From Eledone cirrhosa (lineage: Eukaryota), in NCBI GenBank assembly GCA_964016885.1, contig OZ024742.1:214830001-214894000 (forward strand): a stretch of DNA of 64,000 nucleotides, read 5' to 3'. Below the pieces are notes generated by a model, which worked only from the letters and a program-made list of their open reading frames with translations, was not told the origin of the DNA and ran no database searches. Positions 13,301 to 25,699 of this stretch are shown here, in pieces (the first letter of the stretch is position 1; every line of letters begins with the position of its first letter). A program made the translations under genes and the position numbers.

Positions 13301-15252
13301 CTAGACGCTGAAAGAAGTCTGGCCGTGATTGGGATTGCCCGGTCGGGGCATAAACGGCAACCAGTCTGAAGGCTACACCTCAAATACTGTTCACGTTTAG
13401 GACTACCAGTCTACCCTCCCGAAGTGTACTTGCTGTAATTCGACGTCCAGGTTCTTCCGAAACATGACAGCCACTCGCCCTCCACCTCCTGGCTGACAGA
13501 GAGATGCATATATCTCAAAAGTCTTCGAAGATAGGGGTTAGTTGCTGCCTGTTGTGGATCCTGGACTCAATGATGGCTATCACATCCATACCATGTGACC
13601 TAACGTGGTTTAATAGTTGGCCCTGTTTCCAGGGCATCCCTAGGCCACGCACATTCACGCTTCCAACTCCTAAAATAGCCGTGTTGGTGAAGAAGAATTG
13701 GGGAAACAGGACGAAAAGGTGCATTTACCTTTTCGTTTCCTGGAGATCGGGTTGTTCAATCTCCATTTGGGTGCTGGAGAGGGAAAATATTTTAACAGGA
13801 CGCAGTTGATTTGGTTCAGGCCGGGGTTGTCCACGTCCTGCAAACATTTATTTTCCAGGTCACTATAGGTCTCCATAGAAACCCTTATATTTTTAAGGTG
13901 TGGAGACGATTCTGCTTTGACGAAAGTTTTGCCCTCCGTCTCCACCTTGGGGTTTTGGGAGATGGCCTCCATCAAACTCTTGTTGTTTGTGTTGATATAT
14001 GTGTATTGCTGTTTGTGTTTTTGTTGTGTTGTGTTAGGTTGTTGTTCGTCCGGGTGTTTTCTTTTTATGGTGGGTGCTTGTGTTTGGGGTGGTGTTGTTC
14101 TTGTTGGTAGGGGGAGGTTTGACTGTGGTGTTTTTTGTGTTGTTGTTTGTGTTGTTGTGTGTGTGTGTGGTTGTGTGTTGGTGTTGGTGATTGGAGTTTT
14201 GGGGGTTGTGTGGTGTCTCTTTTTGTCTTTTAGATTTCCGAGGCTCTCCTTCTTCTTCACTTGAAGAAGGAGAATCAGCCTCATCTGTTAATGAATAATC
14301 ATCGTCAAGAGTTCGGGGTAGGGGTATGTTGTGTGGTCGTGGTGTTTCGGTGTGTGCGTTTGTGGTAGTGTTTGAAGGAGTGGGATGGGGTGGGGCTGTG
14401 TTCGTCAGGGGTGTTGTCTGTGTTGGTTGAGTGGCTGTTTGTTTTAGTGTGTTTGTTCCATTCGTTTGTTGTTTTACTTGTGGCGGTGGTTCTTTTGGGT
14501 TTGGTGTTGGTAGTGTTTTTTAAATGACGTTGCTGTGGTGTGTTTGTGAAGGACAGGAGGCCTTTACGTGTGTTGTTCTACCACAGTGAAAACAATGAGG
14601 TCTACGCCCCTCCACCGAAATGTTTCATTTGTTGTTGTCGTCGACGATGACTTTTTCGGGTATTTTGGAGATTTTCTCCGGCCTCATCTGCATAAGAATC
14701 TCCAAATCAGTACCCGCCCACCTTTGTCTAATAGACTTCCGTATCGGAAGAATAGCATCAGTCTCTGGATCCACGAAGCCAGCCAAGATCGACCAGATAT
14801 TAATCTTTGGTGGTATATTTTTATTTTTTATGTTTTGTGTCCTTTTTCCCATGTACGCAGGGAAAAAGGTGAATGCTTTTGACACCATTGATGTCACAGG
14901 ATGGTTTTGGGCCAGTGTCCCATTTTTAAACAGTACGGAAATACTTCCGTAATGTCTTCCTCGTTGAAGAAAGTCAATATTTTCTAGACTCCTTCAAAGT
15001 GGCTTCTATGTCTCCTTGACTCACAATTACTGGCTTTTTCGTTGTGTTTGAGACAGTGCTGAAGGTCACTGTTCTTCAAACCGTCTCTTCTTTTATTTCG
15101 AGGAGTGAGTTGATTCTAAACTCACCCTTGTCTTCGAAAGTTACAAATGTTCTCCCTTGCTGGAGCATATCCCATGCATAGGAGATGTCAAGATTTATAA
15201 AATCTTGTTTTTTGTTCTATGTTTCAGCGAAAGACATGTTTTGTGGTGTTGC

Positions 15253-15286
<34 letters not shown>

Positions 15287-15484
15287 ATCGTCAGCCTCGG
15301 TGTTAGACATCGCAATTTCTTGACGAGGTGTAATTTTATCTGTAGATGTATCTATGGAGTTGTTGTTGTTGGCTTTTTCATATGTATGTATATCAATAGG
15401 TATAATTCCTCTGTTTTCCGGTGTATGTTGTGTGTTATTTTTCTCCGATTCGACGGTAGAAATTTTAAAATGTTCAATTGGCAA
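10321..15484 (-). mobile_element. Tx1-type retrotransposon copy C, 5'-truncated within ORF1, several internal deletions
   Basis: 3' end AATAAAGAAA followed by (TCTA)n at 10299-10320. ORF2 remnant 10557-13682 with ATG changed to ACG. ORF1 remnant 13725-15484. Closely similar to copy D. Confidence 0.92.
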
Positions 15485-15485
15485 T

Positions 15486-16810
15486 CAGTCAGATATAGAA
15501 GATTCTTTCAAGGAGATTCTAGAAAATGTCGATTTTCTCCAGCGAGTAAAACAGTACGGAAGTGTTTCCGTACTGTTTAAAAGCGAGGCACTGGCCCAAA
15601 AAAACTCTGTGACACCAATAGTGTCAAAAGCATACACCTTTTTCCCTACATACATGGGGAAAAGGACACAAAAAGTAAAAATAAAAAACATACCTCCAAG
15701 CATTAACATCTGGTGGATCTTGGCTGGCTTCGTAGAGCCAGAAACAGACATAATACTTTCGATACGAAAATTCATTCGACAAAGGTGGGCGGGCACCGAT
15801 TTGGAGATTCTGTTGCAAATGAAACCGGAGAGAATCTCCAAAATACCCGAAAGAGTCGTTATTGATAATAACAACAAAATAAACATTTCGGTAGAAGGAA
15901 GAAAATTTCATTGCTTTCGCTGTGGTAGCACATCTCACCTAAAAGCCTCTTGTCCACAAACACACAACAGCAACATCATAAAAAAACGCTATTACCAACA
16001 CCAACACCAAAACAACCACCACCACCACCACAAGTACAACGACAGACGAAACGAGCAACCACACCAAAACAAACAGACACTCAACCAACAACAACAGAAA
16101 AAACAGAAACAACACCCCTGAAGAACACATCCCCACTCCATCCCACTCCATCAAACACTACCACAAACACACATACCGAAACACCACCACCACCACACAA
16201 CATACCCTTACCCCACACACCTGACGATGATTATTCATCGACGGATGAATCTGCTTCTCCTTCTTTAAGTGAAGAAGAGGGAGAACCGCGGAAATTCAAA
16301 AAACAAAAAAAGAGACACCACAAAACCCCCAAAACTTCAATCACCAACACACAACAACAGACACAAACAACAACACAAACAACACCACAGTCAAACATCC
16401 CCTTATCAGCAAAACCAGCACCAACACCACCCCAAACACAAGCACCCACCATAAAAAGAAAACTCCCGGATGAACAACAAACTAAAACAATACAACAAAA
16501 ACACAAACAACAATACGCATACATCAACACAAACAACAAGAGTTTGATGGAGGTCATCTCCGAAAACCCCAAGGTGGAGACGGAGGGCAAAACTTTCGTC
16601 AAGGCAGAATCGTCTCCACACCTTAAACTTATAAGGGTTTCTATGGAAACCTATAAAGACATGAACATTAAATTTTCACAGGACATGGGCAACCCCTGCC
16701 ACAAACCCATCAACCGCGTCCTGTTGAAAGGTTTCCCCACCCCACCCAACACCCCATCCAGCACCCAAATGGAGATTGAACAACCCGATCTCCAGGAAAC
16801 GAAAAGGTAA
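15486..16810 (+). pseudogene. Copy D ORF1, N-terminally truncated, one frameshift
   Basis: Zinc knuckle CFRCGSTSHLKASC at 15912-15953. Continues in ORF 15950-16810 (Pro/Thr/Gln-rich). Confidence 0.85.
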
Positions 16811-16851
16811 GTGCACCTTTCGTCCTTTTTCTTCAACTTTTCTTCACCAAC

Positions 16852-19800
16852 ATGGCTGGTTTACGAGTTGGAACCTTGAATGTGCGTGGCCTAGGGATGT
16901 CCTGGAAACAGGGCCAACTTTTAAACGACCTTAGGTCACACAGTATGGATGTGATAGCCATCACCGAGTCCAGAATCCACAACAGGCAGCAACTAACCCC
17001 CATCTTCGACGACTTTGAGATCTACGCATCTCTCTGTCAGCCAGGAGGTGGAGGTGGAGTGGCTGTTATGTTTCGGAAGAACCTGGACGTCGGAGTACAG
17101 CAAGTACACTTGGACCCGGAGGGTAGACTGGTAGTCCTAGACGTGAACAGTATCGGAGGTGGCCGTCTATGCCCCGACCGGGCAATCGCAATCACGGCCA
17201 GACTTCTTTAAGCGTCTAGAGTCTTTTCTGGGAACGTCTCGCTCCTTACTTTTAGTGGGGGACTGGAATGGTATCCTTGATGCACGATGGGACTATGTGG
17301 GAGCATGTCCCAGTAGAGCGGGGTGCAACAGCCTCAAAACTTTAATCGGCCAATTCCAACTGGCCGATAGGTATAGACTGGATTTCCCGACTGCACCACA
17401 GTGGACGTGGGTAAACCGCAGTGGGACATCTAGATCGTATTTAGATAGGTTCTTCATTAGAGAAAGGGACAAGGATATGTTAAGCTGTCCACGAATGCAC
17501 ATGGTTGCCTATTCAGATCACAAGTTAGTCGTCTGCTTAGTCAACCGTGATAGAACACATAGGCAGGGTCCCGGATACTGGAAGCTGAACGTGTCGTTGC
17601 CGGCACGTAAAGCTTACAGTGAACGGATAAGTAGACTAGTCAAGCAACAGTTAACGGGAGCCATCGTCAACAATAGATGGTGGTACTCTCTCAAGAAAGC
17701 AATTAGAATAGAATTGATAGGGTATAGCAGAGAGTTAGCCTTAGAGAAAAACAGAATAGAAAGAGAACTAGTAGCCAAGGTAGAGGAGGCACTTAGAAGT
17801 GATAACGCGGCTAGAGTGTTAGCGTCGAGAACGGCACTGGACCAGTTCTTCGATGCGAAACACGAAGGCTGCGTGGTCAGAAGCAAAACACGTGCTCTAA
17901 GAAACGAAGGAGCGAAAGCTGTCAGCTGGGCCCGAGTGGCGGAGGCAAAAAGTGGCAACAAGTCCACGATTCGGTCTTTGAAAGACCAAAACGGACGCGT
18001 GCTACTTGACCCCAAGCAAATGTGCGCGGCCTTTCAGCGGCACTTTGCGCGACTGTTTGAGCAGAACGACGGTGAGCCGAACGGGGCAATGGACTTTAGT
18101 TCATACCTCGACGGCCTGCCGCGTCTCTCGAACACGGACGCCGAGTTCTGCGAAAGACCGATCACGGACACTGAGATACGGGATGCTCTGGGCCGCTGCG
18201 GGAAACGCAAGTCACCCGGTCTAGATGGTCTACCCTACGAATTTTACATAGGCATGCCGGACTTGTTCTCTAGCGTCCTCGAAGCCGTCTACTGCAATTG
18301 GCAGCAGAACGGGAGAATTCACAGTTCTGCAGGCAAGGGCGTAGTAACCCTGATCACAAAAGACGAGAACAAGTGGGACGAAATTAACAACTTCAGGCCC
18401 ATAACTCTGCTCAACACAGAGTTAAAGATTTTGGCCAAGGTGCTAGCGACGAGGTTGGCGCTTGTCGTCGAGAACCTGGTAGGGAAAGCGCAAACGTGTG
18501 CAATCCCGACCAAGTCCATACACGACAACCTCCACCTCATGCGATACATCATAGAGAGGGTGGGTAGTAAACCCGGCTTCGGTGGGGCTCTGATCAACTT
18601 GAATCAGTCTAAGGCATTCGATAGGGTCGACCATCGATACTTGGAAGCGGTTCTCAAGGCGGCCGGTTTCGGCCCCGTGTTCAGAGGATGGATCGAGGCG
18701 ATGCACACCAGCATCTGCTCGAGGGTCAAGGTGAACGGCTACCTATCGGAGCCGTTCGCAATCACTCGTTCCATTCGACAGGGATGCCCTCTCTCCTCCA
18801 TTCTGTCTGTATTGACTCTAGAGCCACTACTCCGGAAATTGGAGCTGTTGCAGGGCATCCCCCTAGAACCGGGACTGCGCAAAGCGGCGTCGGCTTATGC
18901 CCACGACGTGACAGTAATGGTGTCGAGCACATCGGAAATCGAGGTGATCGGCAACATACTGAAAGAATACGAAACGCTGACGGGAGCAAAACTAAACCCA
19001 GACAAGTCTGTCGGTTTGCAACTCGGTACGTGGAGAGGCAAACCGATGACATCCGACAGCGTCGTTGGAAACTGGACGGACGGACCGGTGAAATTGCTCG
19101 GGGTCTGGTTCGGTCCAGACCTTCAGGTGGAGATAAACTGGAACGAGGTCACGGCCAAGGTGTTTGCACTGACTCAGAAGTGGGCAGAGTGCAAACTGTC
19201 CTTGAAAGGTCGTGCGGAGGTGGCGAACACTTTCATAGCGTCCGTCATCTACTACCGCTTGACTGTCGTGCCTTGTCCCCGTGAACACCTCGCCAAGATG
19301 GAACGCATGCTCTTCCAGTTTCTGTGGAAGAAGCAGGCTCCGCTGGTGAGGAGATCCGTCTGCTGTCAGCACCCATCCAACGGAGGGCTGGGAATGCCGT
19401 GGCTGATTATGCGCAAACATGCGCTAAGGCTGCGGCATCTCCAGGTATTCCTCACCGACCCGCAACCGGTGTGGGCACCGTTTGTGAGACAGGCTTTCCC
19501 ACAGCTCGTCTCGCTAACGGAGCTGCAGTCCTGGGTGAAGAAAAGACCGAAAACGATGGGCGCCTGGCACATTGAATGCGCTCAGGCGCTCACAGTCCTC
19601 TGGCAAGCGGGCGCAGCAATCAGTGGAGACTCCACTTCGACATTCTATAGAGGGATTGTACGTTACAAGGGTGACGACGTGCTCGGAGAGACTCTGGGCG
19701 TCGAAGACGATGAGCTCACCAGTATGTTTGGTAGGACTTTCCGCCCGGGACCTATGGACAACTTCCAGAGGTCCCTGGCCTGGCAGTGCTACCGAGGAGC

Positions 19801-20281
19801 TCTACCGGTTCGTGACAAGATCTACAGGCACGGACGCCCTGGCAGGGATCCTTCCAAGAGGACGTGTCCAAGATGTGCGCAGGACATTGAAACAGTTCTG
19901 CACGCAATTGTACACTGCCCGGGCGTAAGCGACCTGTGGAACTATGCAGAACAACTGCTGTCGCGTATGGGACAAATACAGTTGACTTCCGAGTCCATAG
20001 TAGGGATCAAACCGCCAGACTCTTTCAAAAACGAAAGAGAGGCGGTTTTCCTCTGTACGGTGGCTATGGTGAAAGAAGTTATATGGTGGACGAGGTTGAG
20101 AGGACTGAGGACAGATGCCTTTCTCTCCGGACAACAATTGATTCCCTTCTTTAAGTATCACTTTAGAAGGAGAATCAGGGTGGAGAGAGAGGCACTGCAC
20201 CCCAGTAAATTTACTGAAAGGTGGGTGAATGAAGCGAAAATGGCCCGAGTGATTGGGCCTTCTCTGTTTATAAGCCTGTAG
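16852..20281 (+). pseudogene. Copy D ORF2 (APE-RT-CCHC): one frameshift at 17160, then 1040 open codons
   Basis: MAGLRVGTLNVRGL, GDWN, SYLDRFF, YSDHK, KSPGLDGLP, FRPITLLN, RQGCPLS and CPRC..ET..H...C. The catalytic motifs read LNQSKAFD and YAHD. Confidence 0.95.
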
Positions 20282-20544
20282 GTTGAGGAAGAGAGCAAAA
20301 GGAAGAAAGGAGCACTTGCACAACACGCTCCTCGAGTAGAGGGTTGTTCTATCGACGGGGTATTAAACAACCCATTTGTGGCGCCTCCCCCCTATTGGGG
20401 ATTTCGATTGTTGAAATTGTTTGTTTGTTTTTATATTTTTTTTACACGACTGTATGTAAAATCCCCGGCATGTCTTTGTATTGTCCTCTTTCTTGTTGCG
20501 CCCTTGTGGCTAATAAAGAAATCAATATTTTTTTTTCTTTGTTG

Positions 20545-22662
20545 ACAGTAGTGGCTCGAGAGTCAATACATAGAGAAGGGAGGAGAGACGGCACCCTTGT
20601 CGAATGGACCGCGCGCTTTCGAACGGCTCCGAGAGGAAGACGTTCCCTGACGCTAGAGCAGATGCGGCTGCTGTGCAGAGCAGTGATCCAGCCCATGAAA
20701 ACGGGTCCGAAGCCTGCCGCCGCTAGCACTGCATCCAGGGATCCATGGTCGACCCTATCGAACGCCTTAGATTGATACAAGTTGATCAGGGCCCAACCAA
20801 CGCCGGGTTCGTTTCCAACCCTCTCTATGATGTATCGCATGAGGTGGATGTTGTCGTGGATGAACCAGGACGGGATAGCACATGTCTGCGCATCTCCCAC
20901 CAGGTTGCCCACGACAAGCGCCAACCTCTTTGTTAACACGTTGGCCAAAATCTGTAACTCTGTATTTAGCAGAGTTATGGGCCTGAAGTTACTTATGTCG
21001 TCCCCCTTCTTCTCGTCCTTCCTCACTATCGTGACTACGCCCTTTGTCACAGAACAGGGAATTCTCCCGTTCTGTTGCCAGTTGCAGTAGACCGCCTCGA
21101 GGAGATCGGGAAACAAGTCCGGCATAGCTAGATATAGTTCGTATGGAAGACCATCGTGACCCGGGGATTTGCGTTTGCCGCATGGACTCAGCACGTCCTC
21201 TATTTCAGCGGCTGAAATCGGCTCCTCGCGGGACTTCGCCTCCTCGTCCGAAAGACGCGACAGGCCGTCGAGGTATGGACCGAAGTCCACTTCCCCAACC
21301 GGCTCCCCGCCTTTTCCGAACAATCGGGCAAAGTGCCTTTGAAAGGCCTCACGCATCTGCTTAGATTCAAGGATTGCCCGTCCATCCTGGTCTCGCAAAG
21401 ACCGGATGGTGGATTTAATTCAACTCTAGGCTTCCGTCACGTGGGCCCAGCACACAGCTTTGGTCCCCTTATTCCCTAGAGCACGTATTTTACTTCGGAC
21501 AACGCAGCATTCGTGCTTCGCGTCGAAAAACTGGCTCAAAGCCGTTTTCGACGCTAGCACTCTAATTGGCCACGTCGCCGCTTCTAATTGACTCTCTTCT
21601 ATCTACTCTATCTATCAGCTCCCTTTCCTTCCTATTCCTATCCGCAGCTAAAACCTTACTAAATTCTATCGAGACTAATCTAATTTCTCTCTTTAGCGAT
21701 ACCCACCACCTGCTGTTGACGATCGCTCCAGTCAACCGCTCCTTAACTAACGTACTAATCCGGTCCCTGTAAGCTTTACTTGCCGGTAAGGTCATGTTCA
21801 GCTTCCAGTAACCGGGATCCTCTCTATGCGTTCTATCAATGTTGACCATACAGGTCACTAACTTGTGGTCTGAATAGCCAACCATGAGCATTTCTGGACA
21901 ACTTAAAATGTCCCTGTCCTTATTTCGAACTAAGAACCTATCTAGGTACGATCTAGATTGACCGCTGCGGTTTTTCCAAGACCAGGTTGGCACAGTCGGA
22001 AAATCTAGTCGAAATCCATCGACCAGGTCAAATCGGCCGAGTAACCCCTTGAGGCTGTTATACCCCTCTCTATCGGGACATGCCCCTGCATAGTCCCATC
22101 GTGCATCCAAGATACCATTCCAGTTCCCCACTAAAAGCAGGGAACGGGACGTCCCAAGAAAAGACTCCAGACGTTGGAAGAAGTTGGCCCCTCTGTCTCA
22201 AAAGGGGCATATGCGGCTACCAGCCTAAAGGCTCCACCTTCACCACTGCCAAGGTCCAGCACCACCAGTCGACCACATGGGTCCAAGTGAACTATCTGAG
22301 TGGCGAGACCCAGATGTTTTTGCAGCAGAACGACAGCCCCACCCCCACCTCCGGGATGACAGAGAGATGCGTGCATCTCACATTCATCAAAGGAGGGGGC
22401 CTGCTGTCACAAGCTGCTGATCCTAGCCTGGCAGATAACCATCACATTTATGGATCGTGACCTGAGGTCATTTAGAAGCATTGCTTTCTACCAATGTGAG
22501 CCCATGCCACGCGCATTTAGACACCCTACTCTCAACACAGCCAGGTTGGTGGTAAGGAGAAAAGGCACTTAGCTCTCTGCGTCCCGGGGAGTGGCCGCTC
22601 AATTTCCATGGTCGTAGGGGATGGGTTGTTGTGTGGGGTGGTGGTTTGTTCAATAGGTGGTT
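20545..22662 (-). mobile_element. Tx1-type retrotransposon copy E, truncated at both ends (end of ORF1, APE, first half of RT)
   Basis: ORFs 21562-22131 (YSDHKLV, GYWKLN) and 20442-21398 (KSPGHDGLP, FRPITLLN, SKAFDRVDH). It breaks off mid-RT against the 3' end of copy D. Confidence 0.9.
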
Positions 22663-23164
22663 ACATACATCCACACAAAAACACGTTTCCGTCGACGATT
22701 AATATTTAAATAAAGCATGGCTTTTGTTATTTGATGCGCATTCTGCCTTATAACAGATAAATTATAAACATACACAGCAGGATTTAAATTGCTCTAGTGA
22801 TTTATCTGCTTTGTTATTTTAATTTAACATAAAATAGCTTCGTTCTAACATACCTACACAGCACATTAACTTCGACATATTCTGATGATGGAATAAATCT
22901 ATCGGTTAGATATTCAATGAATGTTCGGTGTCTTGATCACGCTGGGAAAGAATAACCTAGAATGGCTACGAAAATATAACATCTAAGATCAATAATTCAC
23001 ATAAATATTTAATGCCATAGGAACTTTACCATCTTAGTGTTTATACTATCAATTACTAAACAGGTATTAAGTCAAAAACCTAAAGTCTGTCCGAAAAGCT
23101 CGATTGTGAGTTTCTAAAGTTGAAACATTTCAAAACAAAACGTTTCCTGATGATGCAGCTGGCA

Positions 23165-23290
23165 TGCATTCGTCTTACAGCTGAGTGCACTGGAGCAACG
23201 AATGAAAAGAGGCTCAAGAAGACAACACAGTGTAACGGGAATCGAATCCATGTACCTATGATCATGAACCCTAGCCACCAATCATTACAA
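23165..23290 (-). mobile_element. Degenerate tRNA-derived SINE with CORE-like domain
   Basis: The minus strand reads GGATTCGATTCCC (B-box-like), then TGTTGTCTTCTTGAGC...GTTGCTCCAGTGCACTCAGCTGT. Confidence 0.55.
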
Positions 23291-24102
23291 GAAATAATTA
23301 AATACGTTGAATTTAAAACCGATATATACAATGTATATGGTTTAATCTTTTATTAGCACATAAATAAATGTTTCCAAACATCAGTGATAAGTAGTGTTTT
23401 TTGGATTGCAATTCACTGAAATATATTCCCGATGAGAGAAGTAAGATTATAGATTTATATTAGCATTTGTTCATTACATTGTGTCATGATTCTTGCCTTT
23501 AACTGACAATAAATCATTCAATGTGATAAAAAATAGAATAATGATTTGTTCGGAGTTATATATACTCACTTTGGACAATTGCCCAATTTTATATATGTCA
23601 TTTTTGTATTTATCAAATTTTATCAATATCAAATTATATCTATATCAAATTTCATCTCTAACTATACATATAGTACGATAATAGATTCACGTCTAAATGC
23701 AGCAGTTATTTATCCAACATATTATGAAATGACATGCGAATATATTATTAAAGTCATAACATAAAATAAAAACAAAACACATGCATCAGATTTATGGATA
23801 TTATAATGATGTAGTCTATTTATAAGAATTGTTCAATGAAGATGTTCTATGTGTATCACCTGTAAGTGAAATTAGCCGTATCAGTAATACCTGATGAGTC
23901 TCTTCGTTCTAAACAGGCGTGTGAGATAGGAGATATATGTACAGTGCTTCAAGAAGAGGTGGCATGCCATATCATATTTTGGCGGCTTTTAATCTTATGT
24001 CAAGAAGTGAATAGTAAACTTGCTTATTAACACAAAGCAGAAGAACCTACGTAATGCTTCATTATGGATTCAAAGGAGAGTGTTCGACACTAGTGAACGT
24101 CG

Positions 24103-24168
24103 CTTCTTCTTCTTCTTCTTCTTCTTCTTCTTCTTCTTCTTCTTCTTCTTCTTCTTCTTCTTCTTCTT

Positions 24169-24197
<29 letters not shown>
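24103..24197. repeat. (CTT)n microsatellite
   Basis: Perfect trinucleotide run. Confidence 0.98.
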
Positions 24198-24199
<2 letters not shown>

Positions 24200-24810
24200 T
24201 ATGTGTAGTTGGAAGTTGAATGGGAAAATGGCTGCGAAGATAAAGACTTTTTATGCTAGAGTAATTTCCACAGAATATTTGTGATTGAGATTTTCAGCAA
24301 AAGGCGATTCCCACACATTGGATATTGTATTGGCTACATACCAGCAAAATACAATGGAGTTGAATCGACTGGGGAGCTTGGTAGTTATGCGACGCATGTT
24401 GAAAATAATTGATTGGTCGGATAGTGGTTTTACAGGACTTGAGATGCGGGATAAACCTTTCGAGTTCTATGATTGTTGTTATTGCTTCTGTAGTACTTTC
24501 TACCACCTATGCGGTGTATCTAATTATCATGGGGATCTTAAGGTGTTGAGTTTTGTTGTGTGTCAGATGTAAAGAGATACATCTGATGTTGCAAAGCCCT
24601 CCCGGAGAAACACGCTGAAACTTAATTGCATGTGTGTTTTGGGTATTCGTAGAAAAGCAGTAGGATGACGAAACGGCAGGGTTTGAGAGTCATTGTCTGC
24701 TGGAACCTCGTTTTGAAATGTGAATGAGATTGTGGTAAGGCTGGCTAGAACTGAAATCACAGGAATTTCCAGCCGAAAGTTCATTAATTTCATAACCACC
24801 AGCGCATGCG
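24200..24810 (-). mobile_element. Highly degenerate PLE fragment (RT and GIY-YIG pieces)
   Basis: [10 protein letters not shown] resembles RT motif A. CILLVCSQYNIQCVG resembles the YxxxCxxCxxQYVG GIY-YIG motif. Confidence 0.45.
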
Positions 24811-24943
24811 AAATAATAAGTATTATACATACATACGCGTATTTATATATATATAAAACTATACATATGAAAATACGAATATAGATTTCATTGACTTTAT
24901 ATATATATGTGCATATATATATATAGAGAGAGAGGAGAGAGAG

Positions 24944-24999
<56 letters not shown>

Positions 25000-25488
25000 T
25001 ATATTTATGTATGTATGTATATATATATGCATATGTATATGCATAAATATTATGCCGATATATAATTTGGTGTGTGCACGTACGGCGTTTCAGTGAGAGA
25101 TTGCAATAGAATATCGGAATGATAAATGCAATGAGACGTTTGCATACATAGCTCAGTTATGTATACATTTGATTAATAATATTCATCATTATACACACGG
25201 GACAGCTGTGTATGAAAAATGTATTATATATACTTTTAAATTTATATTTGTTAATTTCTAAGAATGATGGATGATCACCACATGCTGCAATATTTATTGT
25301 TGTCTATAAATATGGTTTATTCCTTGATGATATTTAGACTTCTACAGTGTTTCCAGAATTTATTATATCTGTCTCACACTTAATGAGCTAGGCAGCTGTT
25401 TCTTCATATAATGTATGTACATACACACACGCGTACGTACACACATATACACACGTATATATATATATATATATATAAACAATATATA

Positions 25489-25528
<40 letters not shown>

Positions 25529-25541
25529 TATGTGTGAGTGT

Positions 25542-25577
<36 letters not shown>

Positions 25578-25699
25578 TAATACCAAATTTAGAGTATACT
25601 TCACCATTTAAGTAGCACTTTGAGTTAGATACTCGTGGAAAGAGAATTTAACCCGGTTTCATGGCTATTTATCTCAGTAAATTAAATCGTTCCTGTTAA

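Larger units (their letters stand above)
15485..20523 (+). mobile_element. Tx1-type retrotransposon copy D, 5'-truncated within ORF1, opposite orientation to the rest of the array
   Basis: ORF1 remnant, spacer, ORF2, and a 3' UTR ending AATAAAGAAATC (20512-20523) like copy C but with no (TATC)n tract. Confidence 0.95.

Noticed and set aside
1247-22460. Short ORFs antisense or out of frame to the Tx1 copies, recurring between copies
   Set aside because: They recur only because the copies are homologous, and have no independent motifs.
22874-22935. Hammerhead-like CTGATGA plus hairpin
   Set aside because: The GAAA box and cleavage triplet are degenerate. At most a decayed relic.
23885-23945. 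CTGATGAGTCTC...GAGAT hammerhead-like start
   Set aside because: No GAAA box or stem I partner.
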